NCBI GenBank assembly: GCA_965223325.1
Contig: CBDCWI010000002.1
Location: forward strand, 4,160,001 to 4,224,000
Direction: 5' to 3'
Source: Candidatus Multivoradales bacterium
GTDB taxonomy: Bacteria; Acidobacteriota; Thermoanaerobaculia; Multivoradales; Multivoraceae
DNA: 64,000 bases
Position numbers and translations under genes: made by a program. The number at the start of each line of letters is the position of its first letter. The stretch's first letter is position 1. The notes under the pieces are model-generated. The model was not told where the DNA came from and did not search any database. It was given only the letters and a program-made list of their open reading frames with translations. Of this stretch, positions 44,106-54,700 are shown piece by piece.

Positions 44106-45566
44106 GTGAGCGCCTCTACTGCCCAGTTCTCGAGCCGCTGGGGATTGATGGTCGCGATGCTCGGCATGGCAGTTGGGACCGGCAACATCTGGCGTTTTCC
44201 ACGCATCGCGGCGTCGAACGGTGGGGGAGAGTTCCTGGTCGCCTGGGTCGTTTTCCTGCTGCTGTGGTCGGTGCCGCTCATTCTGGTCGAGTTCGCGCTC
44301 GGCAAGCGCTACCGTCGCAGCTGTGTAGGGACCTTTGCCGAGGTACTTGGCCCGCGCTTCGCGTGGATGGGTGCCTGGATCGCGCTCATCGCGGCGGCGA
44401 TCGGCTTCTACTACGCGGTCGTCATGGGCTGGACCCTGCGCTATCTGTTCGCCGCCGTCACGGGGACGCTCGCCGGCAACTCGGAGCAGCTGTGGCAGGA
44501 GTTCTCGTTCACTCCGGCGTCGGTTGGGTTTCAGTTTCTCGCGGTAGGCCTCGCCGTTCTGGTCGTGGCGGGCGGGGTGCGCGGGATCGAGCGTGCTACC
44601 AGCATCTTGATGCCGGGACTCATTGTGCTGGTGATCGTGCTGGCGATTCGAGCCGTCACCCTGCCAGGAGCCGAGCTGGGACTCAACTTCCTGTTCACGC
44701 CCGACTGGGGTGAGCTCCTCAACTACAAGATCTGGCTCGAAGCGCTCACTCAGAACGCCTGGGACACCGGCGCTGGCTGGGGACTGGTCACTGCCTACGC
44801 GGTTTACTCGCGTTCTCGGGAAGACACCAACCTCAACGGTTTCCTGCTCGCGTTCGGCAACAACTCGATTTCACTACTTGCCGGCATCATGGTGTTCTGC
44901 ACCGTGTTCTCAGTGCAACCCAACGCCGAGACACTTCTCACCTCACAGAGCAACGAGGGCTTGACCTTCATCTGGATTCCGCGCCTGCTAGAGCAGATCC
45001 CCGGCGGCGCCGGGTTCATGGTCCTGTTCTTTCTGGCGCTCGTCTTTGCCGCCTGGACGAGCATGGTGGCGATGATCGAACTGATGTTGCGGGCTCTCGA
45101 AGAGGTTGGCGTGGGACGGCGCAAGGCGCTCATGTTTCTGGCCCCGATGGTATTCCTGTTGGGCGTACCGTCGGCTCTTCATCAAGCGATCTTTTCCAAC
45201 CAGGATGCGGTGTGGAGTATCGCGCTGATGCTCTCGGGGTTCTTCTTCTCGGTTCTGGTGTTCAAGATCGGTCCGCACCGCTTTCGCCAGGAGTACTTGA
45301 ACGTCGCTGATCAGGACATGAAGATCGGCGTGTGGTGGGAGTGGGTGATCCGCCTGGTTCCGGTTCAAGCGCTCATTCTCTTTGCCTGGTTCCTGTGGCA
45401 GGCGCGCGGTGAGATGTCGACCTTCTTCGACATGGTTGGGCCCAGTGGCTGGCCGGGGATTGGCAACATGCTTCTGCAGTGGGGCGTCGTTGCGTTGGTG
45501 TTCTTCTTCGCCAACGGCTTCATTGTGCGCGGGCTCGAGCGCTACGGTCAGAAGGCTGGCGACTGA
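44106..45566 (+). CDS. Sodium-dependent transporter (NSS/SNF family)
   Basis: FSSRWG...AVGTGNIWRFP...NGGG.F. Confidence 0.92.
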   Translation: MSASTAQFSSRWGLMVAMLGMAVGTGNIWRFPRIAASNGGGEFLVAWVVFLLLWSVPLILVEFALGKRYRRSCVGTFAEVLGPRFAWMGAWIALIAAAIGFYYAVVMGWTLRYLFAAVTGTLAGNSEQLWQEFSFTPASVGFQFLAVGLAVLVVAGGVRGIERATSILMPGLIVLVIVLAIRAVTLPGAELGLNFLFTPDWGELLNYKIWLEALTQNAWDTGAGWGLVTAYAVYSRSREDTNLNGFLLAFGNNSISLLAGIMVFCTVFSVQPNAETLLTSQSNEGLTFIWIPRLLEQIPGGAGFMVLFFLALVFAAWTSMVAMIELMLRALEEVGVGRRKALMFLAPMVFLLGVPSALHQAIFSNQDAVWSIALMLSGFFFSVLVFKIGPHRFRQEYLNVADQDMKIGVWWEWVIRLVPVQALILFAWFLWQARGEMSTFFDMVGPSGWPGIGNMLLQWGVVALVFFFANGFIVRGLERYGQKAGD

Positions 45567-45583
45567 CCGGCCGGAACGCGAAC

Positions 45584-46078
45584 GTGTCGGCAGTCGAGAT
45601 TCTGCACGGTTATCACCCGGGAGCCGTGGGGCGTGCCATCGAGTTGCATGGCACCTGGTACAGCAAACACTGGCAGTTCGACGAGACGTTTGAGATCGGG
45701 ATCGCGCGCGGCATCGGAGAGTTCATGGCGCGTTACGACCCTCTACGCGATCGCTTCTGGGCGCCGCGCAAGCGAGGGCGTTTTGAGGGTACTCTCGCCA
45801 TCGATGGGATCGACGCGCGGACCGCCGGTGCGCGCCTGCGCTGGGTGCTCCTTTCTGAAGAAGTCCAGGGCGCCGGCATTGGTCGTCAGATGATGGATCT
45901 AGCGATGCAGTGGAGCCGCGACTGTGGCTACAGCCGGGTTTACCTGCATACGGTCGATGGGCTTCGTGCGGCGCGGCGGCTGTATGACGACGCCGGGTTC
46001 GAGCTCGAGATCGAAGAGCCGCGTGTGATGTGGGGGCGCGAGGTGATCTTCCAGCAGATGGCAGTCGCGCTCGAGTGA
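45584..46078 (+). CDS. GNAT N-acetyltransferase
   Basis: LRW.LL...QGAGIGR, AARRLY..AGF. Confidence 0.85.
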   Translation: MSAVEILHGYHPGAVGRAIELHGTWYSKHWQFDETFEIGIARGIGEFMARYDPLRDRFWAPRKRGRFEGTLAIDGIDARTAGARLRWVLLSEEVQGAGIGRQMMDLAMQWSRDCGYSRVYLHTVDGLRAARRLYDDAGFELEIEEPRVMWGREVIFQQMAVALE

Positions 46079-46126
46079 GCGCGGTTGTCACATGGAGAAT
46101 CACTAGCGCCTGGACCCACCGGCGCT

Positions 46127-46630
46127 CTACTCTTGGAGCTCGGGCTGCCCGCGACCTTCCGGCAGGTGAGCGCGTTTGTAGACCAGAATGGTGCGCCTGA
46201 ACGTGATCACGGGTTTCCCGTCCTGGTTGAGGCCGGTGGTCTTGAACTTGACGATGCCCTGGTGCGGGCGCGACTTCGATTCGCGCGTTTCGAGAATCTC
46301 TGAGCGCGCGTAGAGTGTGTCGCCGTCGAAGACCGGGTTGGGGAGTCGCACTTCGTCCCAGCCCAGGTTGATCGCATTTCGTGACATATCGCCCACCGAG
46401 AGCGCGGTGACCAGAGAGATCGTAAAGCAGCTGTTGACCAGCGGCTTTCCCCACTCGGTGTCGCGGGCGTACTCGAAGTCGAAGTGGATCGGGTTGGGGT
46501 TCATCGTCATCATCGTCACCCACAGGTTGTCCTGATGGGTGACGGTGCGCGAGTCGGGGTGTTCATAGACCTGGCCGACTTCGAAGTCTTCGAAGACGTG
46601 CCCTTTCCAACCTCTGATGACCTGGCTCAT
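46127..46630 (-). CDS. MaoC-family dehydratase
   Basis: FEDFEVGQ, NPNPIHFD, NLGWDEVRLPNPVFDGDTL. Confidence 0.9.
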   Translation of the reverse strand: MSQVIRGWKGHVFEDFEVGQVYEHPDSRTVTHQDNLWVTMMTMNPNPIHFDFEYARDTEWGKPLVNSCFTISLVTALSVGDMSRNAINLGWDEVRLPNPVFDGDTLYARSEILETRESKSRPHQGIVKFKTTGLNQDGKPVITFRRTILVYKRAHLPEGRGQPELQE

Positions 46631-47781
46631 GTGACGATCGCTCCTTCTTTTTCGAGTGCTGCGATCTCATCGGTCGCGAAGCCGGCTTCCTCGAGAATCG
46701 CTCGACTGTCTTGCCCCATGCGTGCAGGCTCGGCTGCCCGTATCGAGCCCGGAGTGCGCGACAAGCGCGGCGCCGGGGCGACGTGGAGGGCGCCATCGGG
46801 GCCGGTGAGAAAGGCGTCGCGCGCTTTGGCATGTGGATGTTCCGGAGCCTCGTCGAGCTCGAGGACCGGCGCGACGCAAGCGTCGAAGCCGCCCTGGTCC
46901 GGATCGAAGACCAGCGTCCAGGCATCGCGTGTTTTCTCGGCAAAGCGGGCGGCGAAAGCCTCGATTTGTAGCGGCCAACTCGCGGTGTCGTGCTGTTTGT
47001 CCTTGAGCTCTGAAAGCCCCGTTCCTTCACACAGCGCGGCGAAAAACTGTGGCTCCATCGCTCCCACCGACACGTAGCCTCCGCAGCTGGCGCGGTAGCA
47101 GCGATAGAAGGGCGACCCGCCGCCGAGCACGCCGACGCCGGGTTCAGAGCGCAGCCCGCTGTTGGCGAAGTGGGTCGCCATCAGCGAGGCAGCACCGTCG
47201 ATCATCGCCGCGTCGATGTACTGCCCTTGGCCGGAACTCTGACGCTCCAACAACGCACACACGATGCCGAAGGCAGCCAGGAGCCCGCCGCCGCCGAAGT
47301 CGGCGACCAGATTGAGAGGCGGCACTGGTGGGTTTATTCCGTCGCCGATCTGGCCGAGCACACCGGCCAGAGCGATGTAATTGATGTCGTGGCCGGCATG
47401 TTGTGCCATTGGGCCCTGCTGCCCAAAGCCGGTCAAGGAGCAGTAGACGATCCGCGGGTTGACTCCGGAGATGGTCTGGTAGTCGCAGCCCAGACGTTTG
47501 GTGACTCCCGGTCGATTGCCTTCGAGAAACACATCGGCATCTTCGACCAGGCGATAGAGCACGCGGCGCCCTCCATCCTTCTTGAGGTCGAGTGCAATGG
47601 CGCGCTTGTTGCGTGAAACCATGTCGCCCCGGCGCACCTCACCGCGCGGATGATCGACGCGAATCACGTCGGCCCCCATGTCACCCAGCATCATCGAGCC
47701 GTACGGTCCAGGCGCCAGTCGCGACAGGTCGACGACCCGCACGCCAGCCAGAGGTCCATTGTTTTCGGAGCGGCTTGGCAT
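46627..47781 (-). CDS. CaiB/BaiF CoA-transferase (alpha-methylacyl-CoA racemase-like)
   Basis: LAPGP, GHDINYIA, NLVADFGGG. Confidence 0.92.
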   Translation of the reverse strand: MPSRSENNGPLAGVRVVDLSRLAPGPYGSMMLGDMGADVIRVDHPRGEVRRGDMVSRNKRAIALDLKKDGGRRVLYRLVEDADVFLEGNRPGVTKRLGCDYQTISGVNPRIVYCSLTGFGQQGPMAQHAGHDINYIALAGVLGQIGDGINPPVPPLNLVADFGGGGLLAAFGIVCALLERQSSGQGQYIDAAMIDGAASLMATHFANSGLRSEPGVGVLGGGSPFYRCYRASCGGYVSVGAMEPQFFAALCEGTGLSELKDKQHDTASWPLQIEAFAARFAEKTRDAWTLVFDPDQGGFDACVAPVLELDEAPEHPHAKARDAFLTGPDGALHVAPAPRLSRTPGSIRAAEPARMGQDSRAILEEAGFATDEIAALEKEGAIVT

Positions 47782-47798
47782 GACGGTGGCACCCCCGC

Positions 47799-48902
47799 TC
47801 AGACCAGCTCGGCGAGCTGGGCGCGGTCGTAGGGTCTTGCTTCGAGAGCCTTTCCTTCACGCACCAGTTGTGGCCAATCAGGGTTGGCGATCAATGCTCG
47901 ACCAACCGCGGCCAGATCGAACTCCCCACGCTCCAGGCGCTCGAGCAAGTCGTCGATTGTGACTGCGTTCGAAGCCTCGTCGCTGGCGTAGGTGGCGATG
48001 AACTCCTGGTCGAGCCCGATCGACCCGACCGTGATGGTGGGTTTACCGGACAGCTTCTTGGTCCAACCTGCGAGGTTGAGTAGAGAGCCTTCGAACTCGG
48101 GCTCCCAGTAGCGTCGTTGTGAGCAGTGGAAGCAGTCGACGCCGGCTTCGGTCAGGGGTGCGAGAAAGTGCTCGAGTTCTTCTGGTGTGTTGGCGAGCTT
48201 GGCCGCAAAGTCCTGCTGTTTCCACTGGCTGTACCGCAGAACGATGGGGTATTCCGGTCCAACCGCAGAGCGGACGGCGGCGATGACCTCGGCAGCGAAT
48301 CGGGTGCGCGCTACCCGGTCGCCCCCGTAGCGATCGCTGCGCTGGTTGGTGACGTCCCAGAAAAACTGGTCGATGAGATAGCCATGAGCACCATGAATCT
48401 CGATCCCGTCGAAGCCGACGCTCACAGCGTTGGCGGCGGCCTCGCCGTAGTCGGCAACCGTATCCGCGATCTCTTCTTCGGTCATCGCGCGCCCGCGTTT
48501 CTTTCCAGCAAGCAGAATGCCCGACGGGCTCAACGTCTCGCGTTCTGGTGCCCCGGTGTCTTCTGCTTTGCGGAGCACGCCGACGTGCCAGAGCTGCGGA
48601 AAGATAAGACCACCCGCGTCGTGGACTTCGTCTACGACCTTCTTCCAGCCCGCAAGTGACGCCTGACCGGTCATCTTCGGGACCTTGTGATCGGAGGTCG
48701 ACGCCTGATCCCGGAGGGTCGTGCCCTCGGTGATGATGAGGCCAACCCCGCCCTCAGCGCGCTTCCGGTAGTAGGTCGCGACGTTCTGGGTGGGAACCTG
48801 TTCGGGGCTGAACGAACGCGTCATCGGTGCCATGACGATGCGGTTCGGGATGGAGAGGTTGCGAAGGTGAAACGGAGCGAACAAGGGCTCGAGATTGCTC
48901 AT
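47799..48902 (-). CDS. NADH:flavin oxidoreductase (old yellow enzyme family)
   Basis: NRIVMAPMTR, EIHGAHGYLIDQF, VGRALIANP. Confidence 0.93.
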   Translation of the reverse strand: MSNLEPLFAPFHLRNLSIPNRIVMAPMTRSFSPEQVPTQNVATYYRKRAEGGVGLIITEGTTLRDQASTSDHKVPKMTGQASLAGWKKVVDEVHDAGGLIFPQLWHVGVLRKAEDTGAPERETLSPSGILLAGKKRGRAMTEEEIADTVADYGEAAANAVSVGFDGIEIHGAHGYLIDQFFWDVTNQRSDRYGGDRVARTRFAAEVIAAVRSAVGPEYPIVLRYSQWKQQDFAAKLANTPEELEHFLAPLTEAGVDCFHCSQRRYWEPEFEGSLLNLAGWTKKLSGKPTITVGSIGLDQEFIATYASDEASNAVTIDDLLERLERGEFDLAAVGRALIANPDWPQLVREGKALEARPYDRAQLAELV

Positions 48903-48949
48903 TCGCGCAGTGTCTCACGAACCCCGCAACCGTGGGCGTCCGCGCCGAA

Positions 48950-50113
48950 CTAGAAGATGTTGCTTTCGGGCTTGTTCTGGCCAGTGGGGCGGGAGAAGCG
49001 ATTGTGTCGAAAGGCGTCGGTAGAGAGGCTCCTGGCTTCGCCGAGGTCGACGATTTCGGCGACCAGCAGGCCGGTGGTAGGAGAGTGCATCAAGCCGTGA
49101 CCCGAGAAGCCGGCCGCGTCGACCCAATTCGGCGCCTCAGGATGCCGCCCGATGATGGCGTTGTGATCCGGCGTCATTTCGTAGTAGCCCCACCAGCTGC
49201 CGCGAAAGTCGATGCCAACGTCTTCGAGCCATGGGAAGCGCTGACAGCCGACAGTGAGAACGGTTTCGAGCCAGCTCCAATCGATGCCTCCTCCGAACCC
49301 TGTTGGCTCGTCCTCCGGAGTCAGGCCGAGAATCAGTCGCTCGCCTTCTGAGCGCAGCCAGAACCCGCTGCCGGTGTCGATGGACATCGGGTGGCGGCCG
49401 TTTCCTTCTAGGGACTCGGTCAGAAAAACCATGCAGCAGAGAGGCTCGATCGGGACTTCGAGACCGGCGAGTGCCGCCACTTCTCCCGCCCAGGCGCCCG
49501 TGGCATTGACGATGACGGGAGCCTCGATGAGTTCCTCAGGTGTTTGAACCAGCCAGCCATCGCCAGCGGGCTCGATGGTGCGCGCAGGGCTGTTGAAATG
49601 GAACCTTGCGCCGAGTTCGCGTGCTAGACGAAACCAGGCCGAAGTGAGCCAGTGCGGGTCGACGACTCCGTCACGTGGTCCGTAGGTTGCGCCGGCGAGT
49701 CCGGCCGGCTCGAACGGTGTGTGCTCCTGCGCTTCGTCGAGCGACAGCACCTGGACCGATGCACCGAGGCGTTGTTGCAAGGAAACGGTTGCAAGATGGC
49801 TTTCCCAGTCTGGTTCCGGCACCAGCAAGAGATAGCCGATCTGGCGGTAGCCAACGTCGCCGGCAAGACTCGAGAGCTCGTCGATCAAGTCGAGCGCTCG
49901 AAGCGACATCTGGATGTTGGCTTCGCTGCTGTACTGCAAGCGTACGCCGGCCGCGCTGCGACCGGTCGATCCGGTGGCAATCGTCTCGGCTTTCTCGAGC
50001 ACCAGGACGTCGAGCCCACGTTTCGCGAGTTGCCAGGCCGATGAGCATCCCACTGCTCCTGCCCCCAGGACGAGTACGTCGCATGAGGTGCGAGCGCGAT
50101 CCTTCGAGGTCAA
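48950..50113 (-). CDS. FAD-dependent oxidoreductase (sarcosine oxidase beta/DAO family)
   Basis: GAGAVG, GSTGRSAAG, TPDH..IIG, GFSGHGLM; start uncertain. Confidence 0.9.
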   Translation of the reverse strand: MTSKDRARTSCDVLVLGAGAVGCSSAWQLAKRGLDVLVLEKAETIATGSTGRSAAGVRLQYSSEANIQMSLRALDLIDELSSLAGDVGYRQIGYLLLVPEPDWESHLATVSLQQRLGASVQVLSLDEAQEHTPFEPAGLAGATYGPRDGVVDPHWLTSAWFRLARELGARFHFNSPARTIEPAGDGWLVQTPEELIEAPVIVNATGAWAGEVAALAGLEVPIEPLCCMVFLTESLEGNGRHPMSIDTGSGFWLRSEGERLILGLTPEDEPTGFGGGIDWSWLETVLTVGCQRFPWLEDVGIDFRGSWWGYYEMTPDHNAIIGRHPEAPNWVDAAGFSGHGLMHSPTTGLLVAEIVDLGEARSLSTDAFRHNRFSRPTGQNKPESNIF

Positions 50114-50130
50114 TGTCAGCGTTTCGGCCG

Positions 50131-50478
50131 TCAGGCGACGGGGAGCAGAAGGCGCGCGGTGATCGCAAACGCGCCGAGCAACAGCAGGCACGCCAGGATC
50201 ACGAGAATCGTCCTGGTGGTGCCTTCGACTCCCGCACGCTCGAGATAGTTGGCGACGAAGCGCGCCAGGACTGGCAGCGATGCGGCCCACAGCACCATGA
50301 TCGCGAGAACGGCGAGCGTGCGACCGGAGCGACCCTGGTACCAGGCGGTTGCAAAGATGGCGGCCAGAAGAGCGATACGCATACCCCAACGCAAAGCGCT
50401 GGTCGGTCGCGCGGCTCCGCCGGCCCCCCATAGACTGCGGGGCGCCGGTTTCCGCTCCAGGCGGAAGTCTGCACACAT
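50131..50478 (-). CDS. Small membrane protein
   Basis: 3 hydrophobic segments; start uncertain. Confidence 0.5.
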   Translation of the reverse strand: MCADFRLERKPAPRSLWGAGGAARPTSALRWGMRIALLAAIFATAWYQGRSGRTLAVLAIMVLWAASLPVLARFVANYLERAGVEGTTRTILVILACLLLLGAFAITARLLLPVA

Positions 50479-50570
50479 GATCGATGTAGTGTAGCGCCCT
50501 CTGATGGTCAGAGGCCCCTTCGGCCGAGGCAAGGCACCTCGAGAGAGGCTTTGGAAGGAATCGAGAGCAC

Positions 50571-50831
50571 ATGAAGTTGGATGAAGCCGGCCAGGAGCGA
50601 CTGCTGACTGGTCGCGTCGTCTGGACCGCCGTCGTCGGCGACACCAGCGGTGAGCCACCCGAGGGCTGGGTCACCCGCTTCGAGGACCACCTTTGCGAGC
50701 TCCAGTCGATCGGAGGAAGCGGCGACGGTGGGCTGGTTCTGATGCTCTCCATCGACGGCGAACCGATGGGCGAACTGCATGAGTGGCCGCCCAACTGGCA
50801 AGTCGGTCAGGGCTCCGATGGCCTGGCGTAG
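50571..50831 (+). CDS. Hypothetical protein
   Basis: 86 aa, normal codon usage, directly upstream of pcnB. Confidence 0.5.
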   Translation: MKLDEAGQERLLTGRVVWTAVVGDTSGEPPEGWVTRFEDHLCELQSIGGSGDGGLVLMLSIDGEPMGELHEWPPNWQVGQGSDGLA

Positions 50832-50840
50832 AATCCCGAC

Positions 50841-52331
50841 GTGACCGACAGCTCGATCGAAAACAGTGGGGACCAGGACGCTTCGGCTCCAAGTGGTGCC
50901 GACGGGGGGCGCTCGCGCTCACGTCGGCCGCGTCGCAGACGGCGAGAGCGCGGCAGCCGGAGTGAGGGCGACTCGACTAGGAGGGCGCGCAGTGGTCGCG
51001 GCGGCCGTTCGAACGAGGCCGGTTCGCCGCTCAGGGTCCTCGCCCGCTCAGAGCATCCGATTTCGCGCAGCAATATCGATTCGTCGGCAACCAAGGTCCT
51101 GTATCGGCTGGATCGCAAGGGTCACAAGGCCTATCTCGTAGGCGGCAGCGTGCGTGACCTGATGCTCGGCGGCGAACCCAAGGACTTCGATGTCGCCACC
51201 GATGCCGAGCCCATCGAGGTTCGGCGCCTGTTCCGCAACTCACGCATCATCGGCCGACGCTTCCGTCTCGTTCATGTGATGTTCTCGGATGGCATCGTCG
51301 AGGTGGCTACGTTTCGGGCCAAGCCCGCACCTGGTGAGCAGAAGCGCAAAGACGGTGAGCTGTTGATCACCAGCGACAACACCTTCGGTACGCCGCGCGA
51401 AGACGCCTACCGTCGCGACTTCACGATCAACGCGCTCTTCTACGACGTCTCAGACTTTTCGGTGATCGACTACGTCGGCGGCATCGATGATCTCGAGAAG
51501 AGGGTCGTGCGCGTTATCGGCGATCCTGATGTTCGCTTCAAAGAAGATCCAGTGCGCATGCTTCGTGCCTGCGAGTTTGCGGGGCGGCTGGATTTCACCA
51601 TCGACGAAGAGACCCAGGCCGGCATTCGTCGCCAACGTCGCGAGATCGAGAAGGCGTCACCGGCTCGTTTGATCGAAGAGTTGCTTCAGCTTCTGCGCTC
51701 GGGGGCGGCGGCCCCGGCGGTGCAGTGGATGATCGACCTCGACCTGCTGCAGCTCCTCTTGCCGTTCCTCTACGTCTCAATTGTCGAGTTCACCGAGTCG
51801 GGGGACTTCTCCCGCATCTTGCCGGCAATCGACCGCGCGATCTCAGATGGCGCTGGCTACTCCGATGCAACCCTGCTCGCGGCACTCTTGGTTCCCGCCA
51901 TTGTCGAGGAGCGCTTCAAGCTCGAGAGCAAGAGCGGACACGGCGTGCCACGAAAGAGGTTGAACAAGCTGAATGAGCGCGCCATCGCGTCGTTGGGCAA
52001 ACGCTTTGCGCTCTCGAATGTCAAGACGCAACAGACGCTCAATACTCTCGACACGTTTCAGCGCATGTGCGAGCCGATAGAAGAAGAGCGCGACGCGCTT
52101 CATCTCGCCGGTCGATCATCGTTCTCGAGTGCTCTTGATCTCTTCGGGATTCTCGCCGAAGCGACCGGCGAGGGTCAGGATGCCTACGCCGAGTGGAAGA
52201 CACTCCGCGGCCGCGGAAAGCGCGGCGGTCCGCCGGAGCGCGAGGTGCGGCGCCGAAGTCGTGGCGGTCGCAACCGTGGTGGGCGCGGCAAAGGCGGGCG
52301 GGGTCGCCGGAAGTCCCGGACACGCAACTAG
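50841..52331 (+). CDS. pcnB: Poly(A) polymerase I
   Basis: LVGGSVRD..KDFDVAT, PAP signature IIGRRFRLVHV, RRDFTINAL, EDPVRMLRA. Confidence 0.93.
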   Translation: MTDSSIENSGDQDASAPSGADGGRSRSRRPRRRRRERGSRSEGDSTRRARSGRGGRSNEAGSPLRVLARSEHPISRSNIDSSATKVLYRLDRKGHKAYLVGGSVRDLMLGGEPKDFDVATDAEPIEVRRLFRNSRIIGRRFRLVHVMFSDGIVEVATFRAKPAPGEQKRKDGELLITSDNTFGTPREDAYRRDFTINALFYDVSDFSVIDYVGGIDDLEKRVVRVIGDPDVRFKEDPVRMLRACEFAGRLDFTIDEETQAGIRRQRREIEKASPARLIEELLQLLRSGAAAPAVQWMIDLDLLQLLLPFLYVSIVEFTESGDFSRILPAIDRAISDGAGYSDATLLAALLVPAIVEERFKLESKSGHGVPRKRLNKLNERAIASLGKRFALSNVKTQQTLNTLDTFQRMCEPIEEERDALHLAGRSSFSSALDLFGILAEATGEGQDAYAEWKTLRGRGKRGGPPEREVRRRSRGGRNRGGRGKGGRGRRKSRTRN

Positions 52332-52345
52332 CCTTCCGCCCAACG

Positions 52346-53875
52346 TCAGAAAATCCGGAACCACCAGTCGAAGATCTGGGTGACGAGTGGGCTCAGTTTT
52401 GTTCGTCGCCACTTGCCGGCGGCCTTTTTGAAGACCTCGCCTTGCGTTGGGTAGGGGAAGATCGTATTGGCGAACTTGCCCAGGCCAATGCCGTTGGTGA
52501 TCGCCAGGCAGGCTGGGCCGATCATGTCGCCGGCATGTTCGGCGACCAGGGTGGTGCCGAGAATTCTGTCGGTTCCCTTGGCCAGAACGACGCGCAGGAA
52601 GCCCTCGGTCTGGCCGTCGAGAAGGGCACGGTCGACGTCGTGCATGGGCACATCGATGACATCGACGGCGATCCCCTTCTTGTCGGCTTCATGTCGATAC
52701 ATGCCGACGTGGGCGATCTCTGGGCTGGTGTAGGTGCACCACGGCACGACCAGGTCGGGATGCTTCTTGCGACCGAAGAAGAGCGCGTTCTGGATGACGA
52801 TTGCGGCATGAGCGTCGGCCAGGTGAGTGAACTTCAACGACTGGACGACATCACCTGCGGCGTAGATGCGCGGGTTCGTTGTTCGCAGGCGATCGTCGGT
52901 TTTGACACCGGCGCGGTCGCTTTCTACGCCCACGACTTCGAGGCCGAGACCCTCGATGTTGGGCTTGCGGCCCACTGCGACCAGCAGTTCGCTGCCTAGT
53001 GCTTCGCCCCCGGTGCCGCCGGTGGGCCCAGAGCCGTTGCGCTCGAAGAGAACCGCCTTCTTGCCGCCTTCGCGGGCTTCAACGCCAGTGACTTTGACGC
53101 CGAGATCGAGGGTGACCCCGTCGGCGATCAGCGCTTCCTGGACGATATGGGCGGCATCGGCGTCTTCGCGCACCAGGACGTGGTCGGCCATGTCGAGCAG
53201 GGTGACGCGGGTGCCGAGGCGGGCAAAAGCCTGCGCCATTTCGCACCCGATCGGGCCGGCGCCGATGATCGCCAGACTGTCGGGCTTCTCGGTGAGGCTG
53301 AATAGGGTCTCATTGGTCAGGTACTCGACCGAGTCGAGGCCGGGAATCGGTGGCGCGGCGGCGCGCGCGCCGGTAGCGATGACGGCCTTCTTGAAACGCA
53401 GGGTCAATCCGTCGACTTCGACCGTGTCGCGGCCGGTGAACTTGCCATCACCCAGGAAGACATCGACACCCTCATCCTGGAAACGCTGTGCTCCGTCGAT
53501 GTGGCTGATGTCGGCGCGCAGTCGCCGCATACGCTCCATGGCCTTGCCGAAGTCACCGTCTCCCGACTGTTCGGGCGCGCCAAACTCGCGTTTTGTTCGA
53601 TCCTCCCAGGCACGCGCTGCGCTGATGATGCCCTTAGAAGGTACGCAACCGACGTTCAGGCAGTCGCCGCCCATCCAGTGGCGCTCGATGAGCGCTACCT
53701 TGGCGCCCAGGCCGGCCGCCACGATGGCGGTGACCAGGCCGGCGGTTCCAGCGCCGATGACGACCAGGTGGTAGCGCTCCTCTGGGGTCGGGTTCTGCCA
53801 GTCGAGCGGATGGACGTGGGCGACCAGCCGCTGGTTGTGCTCGTCGAAAGGCTGCATCTCGAGATGGGCGTTCAT
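52346..53875 (-). CDS. Pyridine nucleotide-disulfide oxidoreductase (LpdA/mercuric-reductase-like)
   Basis: GGDCLNVGCVPSK, GAGPIG.E, YPTQGE. Confidence 0.9.
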   Translation of the reverse strand: MNAHLEMQPFDEHNQRLVAHVHPLDWQNPTPEERYHLVVIGAGTAGLVTAIVAAGLGAKVALIERHWMGGDCLNVGCVPSKGIISAARAWEDRTKREFGAPEQSGDGDFGKAMERMRRLRADISHIDGAQRFQDEGVDVFLGDGKFTGRDTVEVDGLTLRFKKAVIATGARAAAPPIPGLDSVEYLTNETLFSLTEKPDSLAIIGAGPIGCEMAQAFARLGTRVTLLDMADHVLVREDADAAHIVQEALIADGVTLDLGVKVTGVEAREGGKKAVLFERNGSGPTGGTGGEALGSELLVAVGRKPNIEGLGLEVVGVESDRAGVKTDDRLRTTNPRIYAAGDVVQSLKFTHLADAHAAIVIQNALFFGRKKHPDLVVPWCTYTSPEIAHVGMYRHEADKKGIAVDVIDVPMHDVDRALLDGQTEGFLRVVLAKGTDRILGTTLVAEHAGDMIGPACLAITNGIGLGKFANTIFPYPTQGEVFKKAAGKWRRTKLSPLVTQIFDWWFRIF

Positions 53876-54603
53876 GCGCTTGGCTCCAGGGCAGATTCGA
53901 CATCGCTGGCTTCGGCGAGAGCGCGTCGTGCGATGCGGGTGACGACGATCGTGACAATGAGCGTCGCGAGGAGACCAGCGCCGAGAAACGCCCACTCTGC
54001 CGGGCTTCGCCCGCCGCCGTCGCTGTCTCCAACTGCGCCGGCGACAGTCGAGGCGGCACTGCCGAGGTAGACGTAGAGCAGGGTGCCGGGCAGCATGCCG
54101 AGGCACGCGACGACGTAGTGCCAGAGCTTGACTCGCGTCAAGCCCAGCCCGTAGTTGAGCCACACGAAGGGGAAGACCGGCGAGAGGCGCAGCAGGGTGA
54201 CGATCTTCAGGCCTTCGCGGCCGACGGCGTCATCGATGGCGGCGAACTTCTCGTTGTTCCCAAGACGATTCTCGATGGCGTCGCGCGCCAGGTAGCGCCC
54301 GATCAGAAACGCAGCCGTTGCTCCCAGGGACGCGCCGACGAAGACGGTCGCCGTTCCTTTCGCGACCCCGAAGAGAGCGCCGCCGGCAAGCGTCAGAATC
54401 GTGCCGGGCACCAGGGCCACCGCGGCTGCCGCATAGGCCAGCGCAAAGACCACCGGGCCCCAGAACCCGAGGTCGTCGACCCACTGGGTGAAGTCGCTGA
54501 GGTAGCTGGCCAGGTCGAAGTACCAGGCAGATACGGCTAGAGCGATGATCGCGACCGCAAAGATCGCCAGCTTGATCGAAGAGTTGCCTTGGTTGTCCTT
54601 CAT
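53872..54603 (-). CDS. TVP38/TMEM64 (DedA/SNARE-associated) membrane protein
   Basis: LLRLSPVFPF..LNYGLGLT, GMLPGT..YVY.G. Confidence 0.92.
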   Translation of the reverse strand: MKDNQGNSSIKLAIFAVAIIALAVSAWYFDLASYLSDFTQWVDDLGFWGPVVFALAYAAAAVALVPGTILTLAGGALFGVAKGTATVFVGASLGATAAFLIGRYLARDAIENRLGNNEKFAAIDDAVGREGLKIVTLLRLSPVFPFVWLNYGLGLTRVKLWHYVVACLGMLPGTLLYVYLGSAASTVAGAVGDSDGGGRSPAEWAFLGAGLLATLIVTIVVTRIARRALAEASDVESALEPSA

Positions 54604-54700
54604 GTCGATGGTCTCGAGGGTGGGGGCCCTGTCTGTTTCATCTGGCCTTACGTAGCGGTGTGGGCAGCCGGTTCAATCGGCCGAAGGCCCGCATCCGGTT

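Noticed and set aside
52346-53875. merA mercury resistance
   Set aside because: No C-terminal Cys-Cys pair, no NmerA domain and no mer operon; the TVP38 pairing is typical of LpdA-like oxidoreductases.
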